Under the pieces are notes generated by a model. It was not told the origin of the DNA and searched no databases. It saw only the letters and a program-made list of their open reading frames with translations. DNA of 64,000 nucleotides from an uncultured Acetobacteraceae bacterium (GTDB taxonomy: Bacteria; Pseudomonadota; Alphaproteobacteria; Acetobacterales; Acetobacteraceae): positions 24,735-88,734 of the forward strand of contig CAXULX010000006.1 of assembly GCA_964252005.1 (NCBI GenBank), read 5' to 3'. Shown piece after piece: positions 49,152-58,752 of the stretch. Position 1 is the stretch's first letter. Each line of letters begins with the position of its first letter. Made by a program: the position numbers and the translations under genes.

Positions 49152-50453
49152 ATGACCCAAGCGACCCCCGACCGCCTGACCGCGAGCGAAGCGTCCGCGC
49201 GAATCCGCGCCGGCACGCTCACGGCGGAGGCCCTGGCCCGCGCCTGCCTGCGCCGCATCGCGGAGCGCGACGCGGACGTGCGCGCCTGGGCCTTCGTCGA
49301 TCCCGACGCCGTGCTCCGCCAGGCGCGGGAGCTCGACAAGCAGGCGCCGCGCAGCCCGCTGCACGGCATCCCCGTCGGCGTGAAGGACATGATCGACACG
49401 GCCGACATGCCGACGCAGCACAACTCGCCGCTGTTCCAGGGGCACCGGCCCGGCGCGGACGCGGCGCCGGTCTCGATCCTGCGGGCAGCCGGCGCGCTGA
49501 TCCTCGGCAAGACCGACACGACGGAGTTCGCCGCCGCCGGGCGCTTTGCCGCCACGCGGAACCCGCACGATTTTCAGCGCACGGCGGGCGGCTCCTCCAG
49601 CGGCTCGGCGGCGGCGGTGGCGGATTTCCAGGCGCCGCTGTCGCTCGGCACCCAGACCGGCGGCTCGACCATCCGCCCGGCCTCGTTCTGCGGCGTGTTC
49701 GCGCTCAAGCCGACCTGGGGGGCGGTGAGCCGGGAGGGATTGAAGCTGTACTCCGCGACGCTCGACACGCTCGGCTGCTACGCCCGCTCGCTCGACGACC
49801 TCGGCCTGCTCTGCGACGTGTTCGACGTTCACGACGACGCGCCCCCCCGGCCCGTGGCGCTGCGGGGCGCCCGGATCGCGGTCTGCCGCACGCCCGATTG
49901 GGCGAGCGCCACGCCGGGCACGCCCGAGGCGATGGACATGGCGGAGGCGGCGCTCCGGCGGGCCGGCGCCGTCGTCAGCGCCTTGGACCTGCCCGCCAGC
50001 TTCGATCCGCTGGGCGCGATGCAGAAGGTGGTGATGCACGCGGAGGGCCGGACCGCCTTCCTCAACCTCGCCCGCGCCCATCCGCACGGGCTGCACGACG
50101 ATTTCCATTCCCGGGTCGAGAACCGCGACGGCTTCACCCATCGGCAGTTGCTGGACGCCTACGACCATGCCGCCGCGTGCCGGGCCGCGTTCGACCGCAT
50201 CGCCGCCGAGTACGACGCCGTGCTGACGCCCAGCGCGCCCGGGGAGGCGCCGCCCGGCAGCCATCCCGGCAACGCCGTGTTCAACCGGATGTGGACGCTG
50301 CTGCACGTGCCCTGCGTCAACCTGCCGGGCCTCCTCGGGCCGAACGGCATGCCGGTGGGCGTCACGCTGACGGCGCCGCGCTTCACCGACCGGCAGCTGC
50401 TGGCGACCGCCCAGGCCGTCGCCCCCGCCATCGCCGAGGCCGGCCGGGCCTAA
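49152..50453 (+). CDS. Amidase-signature family amidase
   Basis: GIPVGVKD, GKTDTTEF, GGSSSGSAAAV, GTQTGGSTIRPASFCG. Confidence 0.93.
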   Translation: MTQATPDRLTASEASARIRAGTLTAEALARACLRRIAERDADVRAWAFVDPDAVLRQARELDKQAPRSPLHGIPVGVKDMIDTADMPTQHNSPLFQGHRPGADAAPVSILRAAGALILGKTDTTEFAAAGRFAATRNPHDFQRTAGGSSSGSAAAVADFQAPLSLGTQTGGSTIRPASFCGVFALKPTWGAVSREGLKLYSATLDTLGCYARSLDDLGLLCDVFDVHDDAPPRPVALRGARIAVCRTPDWASATPGTPEAMDMAEAALRRAGAVVSALDLPASFDPLGAMQKVVMHAEGRTAFLNLARAHPHGLHDDFHSRVENRDGFTHRQLLDAYDHAAACRAAFDRIAAEYDAVLTPSAPGEAPPGSHPGNAVFNRMWTLLHVPCVNLPGLLGPNGMPVGVTLTAPRFTDRQLLATAQAVAPAIAEAGRA

Positions 50454-50579
50454 TACGGGCGGCAGCATTGATCGACCTGTGTGCGGCTGCTGATGGGTTT
50501 CACCCATCCTACGCGATCCATACCGTAGGATGGGTGCAACCCATCGGCGGATGACGGTCATTCAACCAAGCCGTCCGTA
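50454..50579 (+). mobile_element. 126-bp MITE-like element containing a GTAG REP doublet (family 2)
   Basis: Flanked by TAA (50451-50453) and TAA (50580-50582); 24-bp imperfect TIRs (17/24; outer 9/10); REP arms 50492-50512 and 50525-50545; second copy at 35226. Confidence 0.75.
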
Positions 50580-50585
50580 TAAAAC

Positions 50586-52034
50586 CTAGAGCCTAGCCCG
50601 GGGCCGGTAGCCGCTCACCTGCGCCCCGTCCTCCGGCCGCAGCCGCAGGAAGCCCGGCGCGGAGACGAGCGTGATGAGCGCCACCAGCAGGAAGGCGTCG
50701 TGGAAGTCCGCCACGTCCGGCAGCCGGTCCGGCCCGGCGATCAGCCCGAGCAGCGCCGCCGCGATGGAGACGCCGAACGAGACCGTCAGTTGCTGGATCA
50801 CCCCGCCCAAGCTCGTGCTCCGGCTCAGCTTGCTGGCCGGCGTGTCGGCGTAGGTCAGGGTGTTCGTCGTCATGAACTGCGTGCTGCGGGCGACGCCGAA
50901 CAGCAGCACCAGCAGGAACACCAGCCCATGCGGCGTGGTCGGCTGCACCAGGGCGAAGCTCGCGATGATGGCCGCGCAGAGCACGCCGTTCCCCGACAGC
51001 AGCCCGCGGTAGCCGAAGCGCCGCATCAGCCACGCCGAGACCGGGCGCACCACCAGCGTGCCCAGGCTGGAGACGAAGGTGAGCGATCCCGATTGCACGG
51101 GGCTGAGGCCGAAGCCGATCTGGAACAGCAGCGGCAGCATGAACGGCACCGCGTTGACGCCGATCCGGCTCAAGCCGCCCGCCAGCGTGCTGACGCGGAA
51201 GGTGCGGATCGCGAACAGGCTGAGATCGAGCGCCGCGTCGGGCCGGGTCCGGGCGTAGAACCCGTAGATCCCCAGCAGCAGCACGCCGGCCGCCAGCAGG
51301 CCATAGATGGCCGCGGTGGGCAGCATCGGGCGCCCGACGTTCTCGAACGCGAATTGCAGCAGGCCGAGGCCGCCGCCGCACAGCAGGAAGCCGGGCACGT
51401 CGAAGCGGGCCTGGCGGTCGGCGCGCGTGTCCTCGACGAAGCGGAGCGCCAGCAGGACGCCGACCAGGCCGATGGGGATGTTGACGTAGAACACCCAGCG
51501 CCAGCTCGCGTAGGTCGTCAGGACGCCGCCCAGGATCGGCCCGAGCGCCGGACCGATGACGGCGGGCACCGTCATGTAGGTCATCGCCGTGACCAGCTGG
51601 CTGCGCGGAAAGGCGCGCAGCAGCACGAGGCGCCCGACCGGCGTCATCATCGCCCCGCCGAACCCCTGCAGCACCCGCATCGCCACCAGCACGCGCAGGC
51701 TGTCCGCCAGGCCGCACAGCGCCGAGGCCGTGGTGAAGATGACCAAGGCGGCGGCGAACACCCGGCGCGCGCCGTAGCGGTCGGCGATCCAGCCGCTGAG
51801 CGGCATGAACACCGCGAGGCTGAGGATGTAGGCGGTGATCGTCAGGTTCATCTGCAGCGGCGCGACGCCCAGGCTGCGCGCCATGTCGGGGATCGCCGTG
51901 GTGACGATGGTGGCGTCCAACTGCTCCATCAGGAAGGCGAAGGCGACGATCAACGGGATCAGCAGGCGCAGCTTGCGGCTCCGCATGACGGCATAGGCCG
52001 GCTCCGTGGCAGCCGGCAGGAGTTCGTCTGGCAT
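50586..52034 (-). CDS. DHA2 family MFS efflux transporter
   Basis: MEQLDATIVTTAIP, GWIADRYG, MMTPVGR, WRWVFYVNIP. Confidence 0.92.
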   Translation of the reverse strand: MPDELLPAATEPAYAVMRSRKLRLLIPLIVAFAFLMEQLDATIVTTAIPDMARSLGVAPLQMNLTITAYILSLAVFMPLSGWIADRYGARRVFAAALVIFTTASALCGLADSLRVLVAMRVLQGFGGAMMTPVGRLVLLRAFPRSQLVTAMTYMTVPAVIGPALGPILGGVLTTYASWRWVFYVNIPIGLVGVLLALRFVEDTRADRQARFDVPGFLLCGGGLGLLQFAFENVGRPMLPTAAIYGLLAAGVLLLGIYGFYARTRPDAALDLSLFAIRTFRVSTLAGGLSRIGVNAVPFMLPLLFQIGFGLSPVQSGSLTFVSSLGTLVVRPVSAWLMRRFGYRGLLSGNGVLCAAIIASFALVQPTTPHGLVFLLVLLFGVARSTQFMTTNTLTYADTPASKLSRSTSLGGVIQQLTVSFGVSIAAALLGLIAGPDRLPDVADFHDAFLLVALITLVSAPGFLRLRPEDGAQVSGYRPRARL

Positions 52035-52208
52035 TCTGGGTTCTGTGCAAGCCTCATGCCTCGGTAAGTCCCGGGCCTCCACCCTCAAGCGGGGCCGACG
52101 TCATTGCGGGATGACGGCCGCAGTCCGGTGAAGCCGCCGCCAGTGGTTGACCGGAAACGCCGGCCGGGCGCATGGGTGTGTGCAGGCATCGTCGCGTGGA
52201 GGGCATGG

Positions 52209-52970
52209 ATGGATCTCGGGTTGAAGGGGCGCCGCGCGCTCGTGACCGGCGGCACGAAGGGGATCGGCCGGGCCATCGTGGAGTGCTTCGCGCAGGAGGG
52301 GGCGAGCGTCGCCCTCTGCGCGCGCAACCCGTCCGAACTGGAGGCGGCCGTCGCGGCGCTGCGCGGCCAGGGGGTGGCGGCGTTCGGCCAGGCGCTCGAT
52401 GTCGCCGACGCCCCGGCGCTGCGCGGCTTCGTGCAGGCGGCGGCGGAGGCGCTGGGCGGCCTCGACATGATCGTCGCGAACGTGAGCGCGCTCGCCATCG
52501 GCCAGGACGAGGCGTCTTGGAACGCCGGGTTCCAAACGGACCTGATGGGCGCGGTGCGCCTGGTGGACGCTGCCCTGCCCTATCTCGAAGCGTCCGATGC
52601 GGCGTCGATCACCCTCATCTCCAGCGTGTCCGGGCGCGAGGTCGATTTCGCCGCGGGCGCCTACGGGGCGATGAAGGCCGCCCTCGTGCACTACGCCCAG
52701 GGCCTCGCCTTCCAGCTTGCGGGCAAGGGCATCCGGGCCAACACGGTCTCCCCGGGCAACACCTACTTCGAGGGCGGCGTGTGGGCGCGCATCGAGCGGG
52801 ACAACCCGGCGTTCTTCGCAGAGGCGCTGGCCCTCAACCCGACCGGCCGCATGGGGACGCCGGAGGAGATGGCGCGCGCCGCCGTGTTCCTCGCAAGCCC
52901 CGCCGCGAGCTTCGTGAGCGGCACGAACCTGGTGGCCGACGGCGCGCTGACCCGGGGCGTGCAGCTTTGA
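52209..52970 (+). CDS. Short-chain dehydrogenase/reductase
   Basis: TGGTKGIG, YGAMK, NTVSPG; GGAGG RBS. Confidence 0.93.
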   Translation: MDLGLKGRRALVTGGTKGIGRAIVECFAQEGASVALCARNPSELEAAVAALRGQGVAAFGQALDVADAPALRGFVQAAAEALGGLDMIVANVSALAIGQDEASWNAGFQTDLMGAVRLVDAALPYLEASDAASITLISSVSGREVDFAAGAYGAMKAALVHYAQGLAFQLAGKGIRANTVSPGNTYFEGGVWARIERDNPAFFAEALALNPTGRMGTPEEMARAAVFLASPAASFVSGTNLVADGALTRGVQL

Positions 52971-53028
52971 CGGACGGCAGGGCCGGACCGTTGTTGCAGC
53001 AGGAACCGGCCGCCCGGAGCGCAGCACG

Positions 53029-53415
53029 ATGAAGCTGAACCATGTCGCCAACCGCCTCGACCCACAATGGTTCGAGACCGTCGTCGAAATGCTCAAGGTG
53101 AAGCTCGGGTTCATCGAGCTCCGCCGCACCGACCGGGCCATCTGGCTGCGGCAGCCCGGCAGCAGCGTGGACCTGCAATTCAGCCGCAGCGAGACGGCCG
53201 GCCGCGACGACGACAAGCTCCGCTCGCAGGTGTCGTTCCTGAGCGAGACGCCCCGGGCCGCATTGGAGGACCTGGCCGCCTGGGCGCAGGCGCGCGGGAT
53301 GGCGGCCAGCGTGGGCAGCTACTCGGACAAGGAGTTCTACCTGGACGCCCCGGCCGCCTTCGTCGACTTCGTGATCGAGGCGATGACGCCGGACCTGGCC
53401 GACTACGGCGTGTAG
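53029..53415 (+). CDS. Hypothetical protein, possible VOC/glyoxalase fold
   Basis: MKLNHVA start, LGF motif and terminal VIE strand resemble VOC proteins; GGAG RBS. Confidence 0.55.
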   Translation: MKLNHVANRLDPQWFETVVEMLKVKLGFIELRRTDRAIWLRQPGSSVDLQFSRSETAGRDDDKLRSQVSFLSETPRAALEDLAAWAQARGMAASVGSYSDKEFYLDAPAAFVDFVIEAMTPDLADYGV

Positions 53416-53449
53416 CCGGGGCGCGCAGCTCCCCGCTGGACCGGCGGCG

Positions 53450-53728
53450 TCAGCCCGCGTCGCTGGCGCCCTGCCCCACGGCCTCCGCGGGCGCCGTGGC
53501 CCGGGCCACCGGGCTTTCGGCGTCCGGCCAGGTCCGCAACGCTTCCGCCACCAGCGGATCGAGACCTGGGCCTCCCGCCCTGGCGAACGCCAGGAACCCC
53601 GAGCGCATCCCCGGCGTCCAGAACGCCAGGAGGTGGTCGCGGATGCCGGCGCAGGCGGCCTCCTCGGGGTAGGCGCGGAAGAAGCCCGCGATCTCGTTGG
53701 CCATCCGCGCCAGCTTCTCCGGGGTCAT
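53450..53728 (-). CDS. fdsD: NAD-dependent formate dehydrogenase delta subunit
   Basis: KLARMANEIAGFF, HLLAFWTPGMR; follows fdsA. Confidence 0.9.
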   Translation of the reverse strand: MTPEKLARMANEIAGFFRAYPEEAACAGIRDHLLAFWTPGMRSGFLAFARAGGPGLDPLVAEALRTWPDAESPVARATAPAEAVGQGASDAG

Positions 53729-53734
53729 GGCGCG

Positions 53735-56578
53735 CTACTCCGCGGCGTCGAGGGGGGCGGCGATGCGGGTCAGCGACACGTCCTCGTCGAAGAAGCGCGC
53801 CTGCCAGTCGGACGGGCGGTTGGTGCGCCGCACCTGGACGGCGGTCACCTTGTATTCCGGGCAGTTGGTCGCCCAGTCCGAGAAGTCGGTCGTGATGACG
53901 TTGGCGCCGGTCTTGGCGTGGTGGAAGGTGGTATAGACGACGCCGGGCTGCATCCGCTCGCTGATGCGGGCGCGCAGCGCGATGTCGCCGGAGCGGCTTT
54001 CCAGCGCCACCAGGTCGCCGTCCTGCACGCCGCGGCTCTCCGCGTCAAACGGATGGATCTCCAGCACGTCCTCCTCGTGCCAGCGGCTGTTCTCGGTGCG
54101 CCGGGTCTGCGCGCCGACGTTGTACTGGCTCAGGATGCGCCCGGTGGTCAGGATCAGCGGGAACAGCGCGCCGGTGCGCTCCTGCGTGGCCACGAACTCC
54201 GTCAGCATGAACCGGCCCTTGCCGCGCACGAAGCGATCCACGTGCATCATCGGCGTGCCCAGCGGCGCCGCCTCGTTGCACGGCCATTGCAGCGACCCCT
54301 GGGCCTCCAGCTTGGCGTAGGACACCCCGGCGAAGCTCGGCGTCAGGGCCGCGATCTCGTCCATGATCTCGCTCGGATGGCCGTAGCTCATGGGGAAGCC
54401 GAGCGCGTTGGACAGCGCGACCGTCGCCTCCCAATCGGCCAGGCCGCCCAGCGGCGACATCACCCGGCGCACCCGGTTGATCCGCCGCTCCGCGTTGGTG
54501 AAGGTGCCGTCCTTCTCCAGGAAAGACGACCCCGGCAGGAAGACGTGGGCGTATTTCGCCGTCTCGTTCAGGAAGATGTCCTGCACGACGATGCACTCCA
54601 TCGCCCGCAGCCCCGCCGTGACGTGCTGGGTGTCGGGATCGGACTGCGCGATGTCCTCGCCCTGGATGTACAGCGCCTTGAACGTGCCCTCCACCGCGTC
54701 GTCCAGCATGTTGGGGATGCGCAGGCCCGGGTCGGCGGAGATCGGCACGCCCCAGAGAGTCTCGAACACCTCCCGCGCCGCGTCGTCGGAGACGTGGCGG
54801 TAGCCCGTCAGCTCATGCGGGAAGCTGCCCATGTCGCAGGCGCCCTGCACGTTGTTCTGGCCGCGCAGCGGGTTCACCCCGGCGCCCAGCTTGCCGATGT
54901 TGCCCGTCACCATGGCGAGGTTCGCCATCGCCATCACGGTCGTGGTGCCCTGGCTGTGCTCGGTGACGCCCAGCCCGTAGTAGATGGCGGCATTGCCCCC
55001 GGTGGCGAACAGCCGCGCCGCCGCGCGGACCCCGGCGGCCGGCACGCCGGTCAGCGCCTCGCTCGCTTCCGGCGAGTTCTTCTCCAGCGCGATGAACCGC
55101 GCCCAGCTCTCGAACTCCGCCCAATCGCAGCGTTCCCGCACGTAGTCCTCGGCGATCAGGCCCTCGGTGACGACCACGTGGGCCATCGCGTTCAGCAGGG
55201 CGACGTTGGTGCCGGGCAGCAGCGGCAGATGGTGCTGCGCCTCGATGTGGGGCGACCGCACGAGGTCGATGCGGCGCGGGTCGGCGACGATCAGCTTGGC
55301 GCCGGCGCGCAGCCGCCGCTTCATGCGCGACGCGAACACCGGGTGCCCGTCGGTCGGGTTGGCGCCGATCACCAGCATCACGTCGCAATGATCGACCGAG
55401 GCGAAGTCCTGCGTCCCCGCCGAGGTGCCCAGCGTGGCGCTGAGGCCATAGCCTGTCGGCGAGTGGCAGACCCGGGCGCAGGTGTCGACGTTGTTGTTGC
55501 CGAACGCGCCGCGGATCAGCTTCTGCACCAGGAAGGTCTCCTCGTTGGTGCAGCGCGAGGAGGTGATGCCGCCGACGCTGTCCCGGCCGTACTGCGCCTG
55601 GATGCGCTTGAACTCGCTGGCAGCGTGGGCGATGGCCTGCTCCCACGTCACCTCCTGCCAGGGGTCGGTGATCGCGGCCCGGATCATCGGCTTGGTCTTG
55701 CGGTCCTTGTGCGTGGCGTAGCCGAAGGCGAAGCGCCCCTTCACGCAGGAATGGCCGGCATTGGCCTTGCCGTCCTTGTAGGGCACCATGCGGACGACCG
55801 TCTCCCCCTTCATCTCCGCCTTGAAGGAGCAGCCGACGCCGCAATAGGCGCAGGTGGTGACGACCGAGTGCTCCGGCGTGCCGAGCGCGATCACCGACTT
55901 CTCGTTCAGCGTCGCGGTGGGGCAGGCTTGCACGCAGGCGCCGCAGGACACGCACTCGGACCCCATGAAGTCGGTGCCGCCGGCGGAGATCTTGGACGCG
56001 AAGCCGCGCCCCTCGAGCGTCAGCGCGAAGGTGCCCTGGGTCTCCTCGCAGGCCCGCACGCAGCGGGAGCAGGCGATGCACTTGCTGGCCTCGAAGGTGA
56101 AGTAGGGGTTGCTCGCGTCCTTCGGCGCGTCCAGGTGGTTCTTCCCCTCGTAGCCGTAGCGCACGTCGCGCAGGCCCACCTTGCCCGCCATGTCCTGCAG
56201 CTCGCAGTCGCCGTTGGCCGAGCAGGTCAGGCAGTCCAGCGGATGGTCGGAGATGTACAGCTCCATCACCCCGCGCCGCCGCTTGGCGATGGCGGCGTTC
56301 TCCGTGTGCACCACGAGGCCCTCCTCGGCCGGGGTGGTGCAGGAGGCCGGGTAGCCCCGGCGCCCCTCGATCTGCACGATGCACAGGCGGCAGGAGCCGA
56401 ACGGCTCCAGGCTGTCGGTCGCGCACAATTTTGGAACCTGGGTGCCCATGGTGGCGGCGGCGGCCATGATCGAGGTGCCGCGCGGCACCGTCACCGTCTG
56501 GCCGTCGATGGTCAGGGTCACGGTGATGTCGGAAACGCGGATGGGCGTCCCGGTGTCCAGCTCGCGGATCAGGGTCAT
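53735..56578 (-). CDS. fdsA: NAD-dependent formate dehydrogenase alpha subunit (molybdopterin, Cys ligand)
   Basis: 2Fe-2S/4Fe-4S Cys motifs, CAYCGVGC, CARVCHSPT, PLRGQNNVQG, CPEYK. Confidence 0.96.
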   Translation of the reverse strand: MTLIRELDTGTPIRVSDITVTLTIDGQTVTVPRGTSIMAAAATMGTQVPKLCATDSLEPFGSCRLCIVQIEGRRGYPASCTTPAEEGLVVHTENAAIAKRRRGVMELYISDHPLDCLTCSANGDCELQDMAGKVGLRDVRYGYEGKNHLDAPKDASNPYFTFEASKCIACSRCVRACEETQGTFALTLEGRGFASKISAGGTDFMGSECVSCGACVQACPTATLNEKSVIALGTPEHSVVTTCAYCGVGCSFKAEMKGETVVRMVPYKDGKANAGHSCVKGRFAFGYATHKDRKTKPMIRAAITDPWQEVTWEQAIAHAASEFKRIQAQYGRDSVGGITSSRCTNEETFLVQKLIRGAFGNNNVDTCARVCHSPTGYGLSATLGTSAGTQDFASVDHCDVMLVIGANPTDGHPVFASRMKRRLRAGAKLIVADPRRIDLVRSPHIEAQHHLPLLPGTNVALLNAMAHVVVTEGLIAEDYVRERCDWAEFESWARFIALEKNSPEASEALTGVPAAGVRAAARLFATGGNAAIYYGLGVTEHSQGTTTVMAMANLAMVTGNIGKLGAGVNPLRGQNNVQGACDMGSFPHELTGYRHVSDDAAREVFETLWGVPISADPGLRIPNMLDDAVEGTFKALYIQGEDIAQSDPDTQHVTAGLRAMECIVVQDIFLNETAKYAHVFLPGSSFLEKDGTFTNAERRINRVRRVMSPLGGLADWEATVALSNALGFPMSYGHPSEIMDEIAALTPSFAGVSYAKLEAQGSLQWPCNEAAPLGTPMMHVDRFVRGKGRFMLTEFVATQERTGALFPLILTTGRILSQYNVGAQTRRTENSRWHEEDVLEIHPFDAESRGVQDGDLVALESRSGDIALRARISERMQPGVVYTTFHHAKTGANVITTDFSDWATNCPEYKVTAVQVRRTNRPSDWQARFFDEDVSLTRIAAPLDAAE

Positions 56579-56588
56579 GCCATGTCTC

Positions 56589-58145
56589 CTATTCCGCAGC
56601 CATGGGCAGGCGCCCGGCGCGGTCGAAGTCGTCGGGGAAGTGGGTCAGCGCGCTGTTGACCGGCACCGGCGTCAGCCCGCCCATGGCGCAGAGCGAGGCG
56701 TCCGTCATCGTCTCGCAGAGGTCGTCCAGCACGGCGAAGTTCTTCGCAGGCTCGATGCCGGCCACGATGCGGTCGATGACCTCCATGCCGCGCACCGCGC
56801 CGATGCGGCAGGGCGTGCACTTGCCGCAGCTCTCGGCGGCGCAGAACTCGAACGCGAAGCGCGCCTGCTGCGCCAGGTTCACCGTGTCGTCGAACACCAC
56901 GACGCCGCCATGGCCCAGCAGGCCGCCGGCCTTGGCCATCGCCTCGTAATCCAGCGGCGTGTCCAGCAGCGTCTCCGGGAAATAGGCGCCGAGCGGCCCG
57001 CCCACCTGCACGGCGCGGAACGGCCGGCCGCTCGCCGTGCCCTGGCCCCAATCCTCAATCAGGGTGCGGATCGGCGCGCCGAACGGAAGCTCGATCAGCC
57101 CGCCGCGCGCCACGTTGCCGGCAAGCTGCACCGGCAGGGTGCCGAGCGACCGCCCGGTGCCGAACGCGGCATAGGCGGCGGCGCCGTTCGCCATGATCCA
57201 CGGCACGCTGGCGAGCGACAGCACGTTGTTCACCACGGTCGGACGGCCGAACAGGCCCTCGATGGCCGGCAGCGGCGGCTTCGCGCGCACCATGCCGCGC
57301 TTGCCCTCCAGGCTCTCCAGCAAGGAGGTCTCCTCGCCGCAGATGTAGGCCCCGGCGCCCATCCGCACCTCGATGTCGAAGCCGTGGCCGGACCCCATGA
57401 CATCCTCGCCCAGCAGCCCGGCCCGGCGCGCCGCCTCGATCGCCCGGCGCATCGTGCGGATGGCGTGCGGGTACTCCGACCGGGTGTAGATGTAGCCCTT
57501 GCTGGCGCCCACCGCGACGGCGGCGATGGTCATGCCCTCCACCAGGCTGAGCGGGTCGCCCTCCATCAGCATGCGGTCGGCGAAGGTGCCGCTGTCCCCC
57601 TCGTCGGCGTTGCAGACGATGTACTTGCGGTCCGCCTGCGCCAGCCGGACGGTGTTCCATTTGATCCCCGTGGGGAACCCGGCGCCGCCGCGTCCGCGCA
57701 GGCCCGACCGCTTGACCTCGTCCACCAGCGCCTCGTCGCCCAAGGCGAGCGCCCGCTCCAGCCCGGCATAGCCGCCATGGGCGCGGTAGTCCTCCACCGA
57801 CACCGGGTCGATGACGCCGCAGCGGCCGAAGGTGAGCCGGGTCTGGCCTGCGAACCAAGGATGCTCCTCCGGACAGCCGATCCGCAGCGCGTGTGCGCCG
57901 CCCTCCAGCAGCCCCGCATCCAGCAGCCCCGCCACGTCCGCCGCCTGTATGGGGCCGTAGGCGATGCGGCCCTCCGGCGTCTCCACCTCCAGCAGCGGCT
58001 CCAGCCAGACCGCGCCGCGCGTGCCGGTCCGCACCAGGTCCAGCGCCAGGCCGCGCCGCGTGGCCTCGCCCTGCAGGGTCCGCGCCACGCGGTCGGCACC
58101 GAGCGCCAGCGCCGCCATGTCCTGCGGCAAATAGATGCGGGTCAT
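56589..58145 (-). CDS. fdsB: Formate dehydrogenase beta subunit (NuoF-like)
   Basis: GLRGRGGAGFPTG, NADEGD, YICGEET, ESCGKCTPCR. Confidence 0.95.
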   Translation of the reverse strand: MTRIYLPQDMAALALGADRVARTLQGEATRRGLALDLVRTGTRGAVWLEPLLEVETPEGRIAYGPIQAADVAGLLDAGLLEGGAHALRIGCPEEHPWFAGQTRLTFGRCGVIDPVSVEDYRAHGGYAGLERALALGDEALVDEVKRSGLRGRGGAGFPTGIKWNTVRLAQADRKYIVCNADEGDSGTFADRMLMEGDPLSLVEGMTIAAVAVGASKGYIYTRSEYPHAIRTMRRAIEAARRAGLLGEDVMGSGHGFDIEVRMGAGAYICGEETSLLESLEGKRGMVRAKPPLPAIEGLFGRPTVVNNVLSLASVPWIMANGAAAYAAFGTGRSLGTLPVQLAGNVARGGLIELPFGAPIRTLIEDWGQGTASGRPFRAVQVGGPLGAYFPETLLDTPLDYEAMAKAGGLLGHGGVVVFDDTVNLAQQARFAFEFCAAESCGKCTPCRIGAVRGMEVIDRIVAGIEPAKNFAVLDDLCETMTDASLCAMGGLTPVPVNSALTHFPDDFDRAGRLPMAAE

Positions 58146-58642
58146 GTGCGCCGCGCCTCCTCGGTCGCTTCAAGCAGCCTGGCGTCATCGAGCCGGGCCA
58201 ACGGCTCGCCGTCCAGCAACGCGGCCGGCCCGCAGGCGCACAGGCCCAGGCAGAAGGTCGGCTCGACGGTCAGGCTGCCGTCCCGGGTGGTGCCGCCCCA
58301 GGCCACGCCGAGCCGGGCCAGCAGCCGGTCCGCCATCGTGGCCGCGCCCACCGCCTGGCAGGCTTCGGCCCGGCAAACCTGCAAGACGTGCCGCCCCGGC
58401 GGCGCCCGCCGGAAGTCGTGGTAGAAGGAGACGACGCCGTGCACCTCCGCCCGCGACAGGTTCAGCGCGTCGGCGATCATCGCCTCGCTCTGCTTCGGCA
58501 CGTAGCCGAACTCCTCCTGGAGCGCATGCAGGATCGGCAGCGCGGCCCCCTCCATCCCGGCATGCGCGGCGATGATCTCGCCCGCCAGGGTGGGGTCCCA
58601 ATGCCCGGCCGTCACCGGTATTTCGCTGACCAATGCTGCCAC
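58142..58642 (-). CDS. fdsG: Formate dehydrogenase gamma subunit (NuoE-like)
   Basis: LPILHALQ, SFYHDF, CRAEAC, CLGLC; GAGGAG RBS. Confidence 0.94.
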   Translation of the reverse strand: MAALVSEIPVTAGHWDPTLAGEIIAAHAGMEGAALPILHALQEEFGYVPKQSEAMIADALNLSRAEVHGVVSFYHDFRRAPPGRHVLQVCRAEACQAVGAATMADRLLARLGVAWGGTTRDGSLTVEPTFCLGLCACGPAALLDGEPLARLDDARLLEATEEARRT

Positions 58643-58735
58643 GGCGTCCGCTCGCTCCTCGCTTTATATTTTATGGGCTTAGACGCTATACTCGGCCCCA
58701 TGGCGGCGTAATCAAGCCCTGCATTCGAGTGCTGC

Positions 58736-58752
58736 GATAGCAAACTCCTATC
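58736..58752. promoter_or_regulatory. Putative LysR binding site upstream of fdsG
   Basis: GATAG-N7-CTATC palindrome containing T-N11-A, about 95 bp upstream of fdsG. Confidence 0.6.

Noticed and set aside
52046-52061. Sigma54-like AGGCATGAGGCTTGCA on the minus strand upstream of the MFS gene
   Set aside because: Deviates from consensus and would place the TSS at the ATG; too weak to call.
53735-56578. Selenocysteine formate dehydrogenase
   Set aside because: The active-site motif reads CARVCH with Cys and there is no in-frame TGA.
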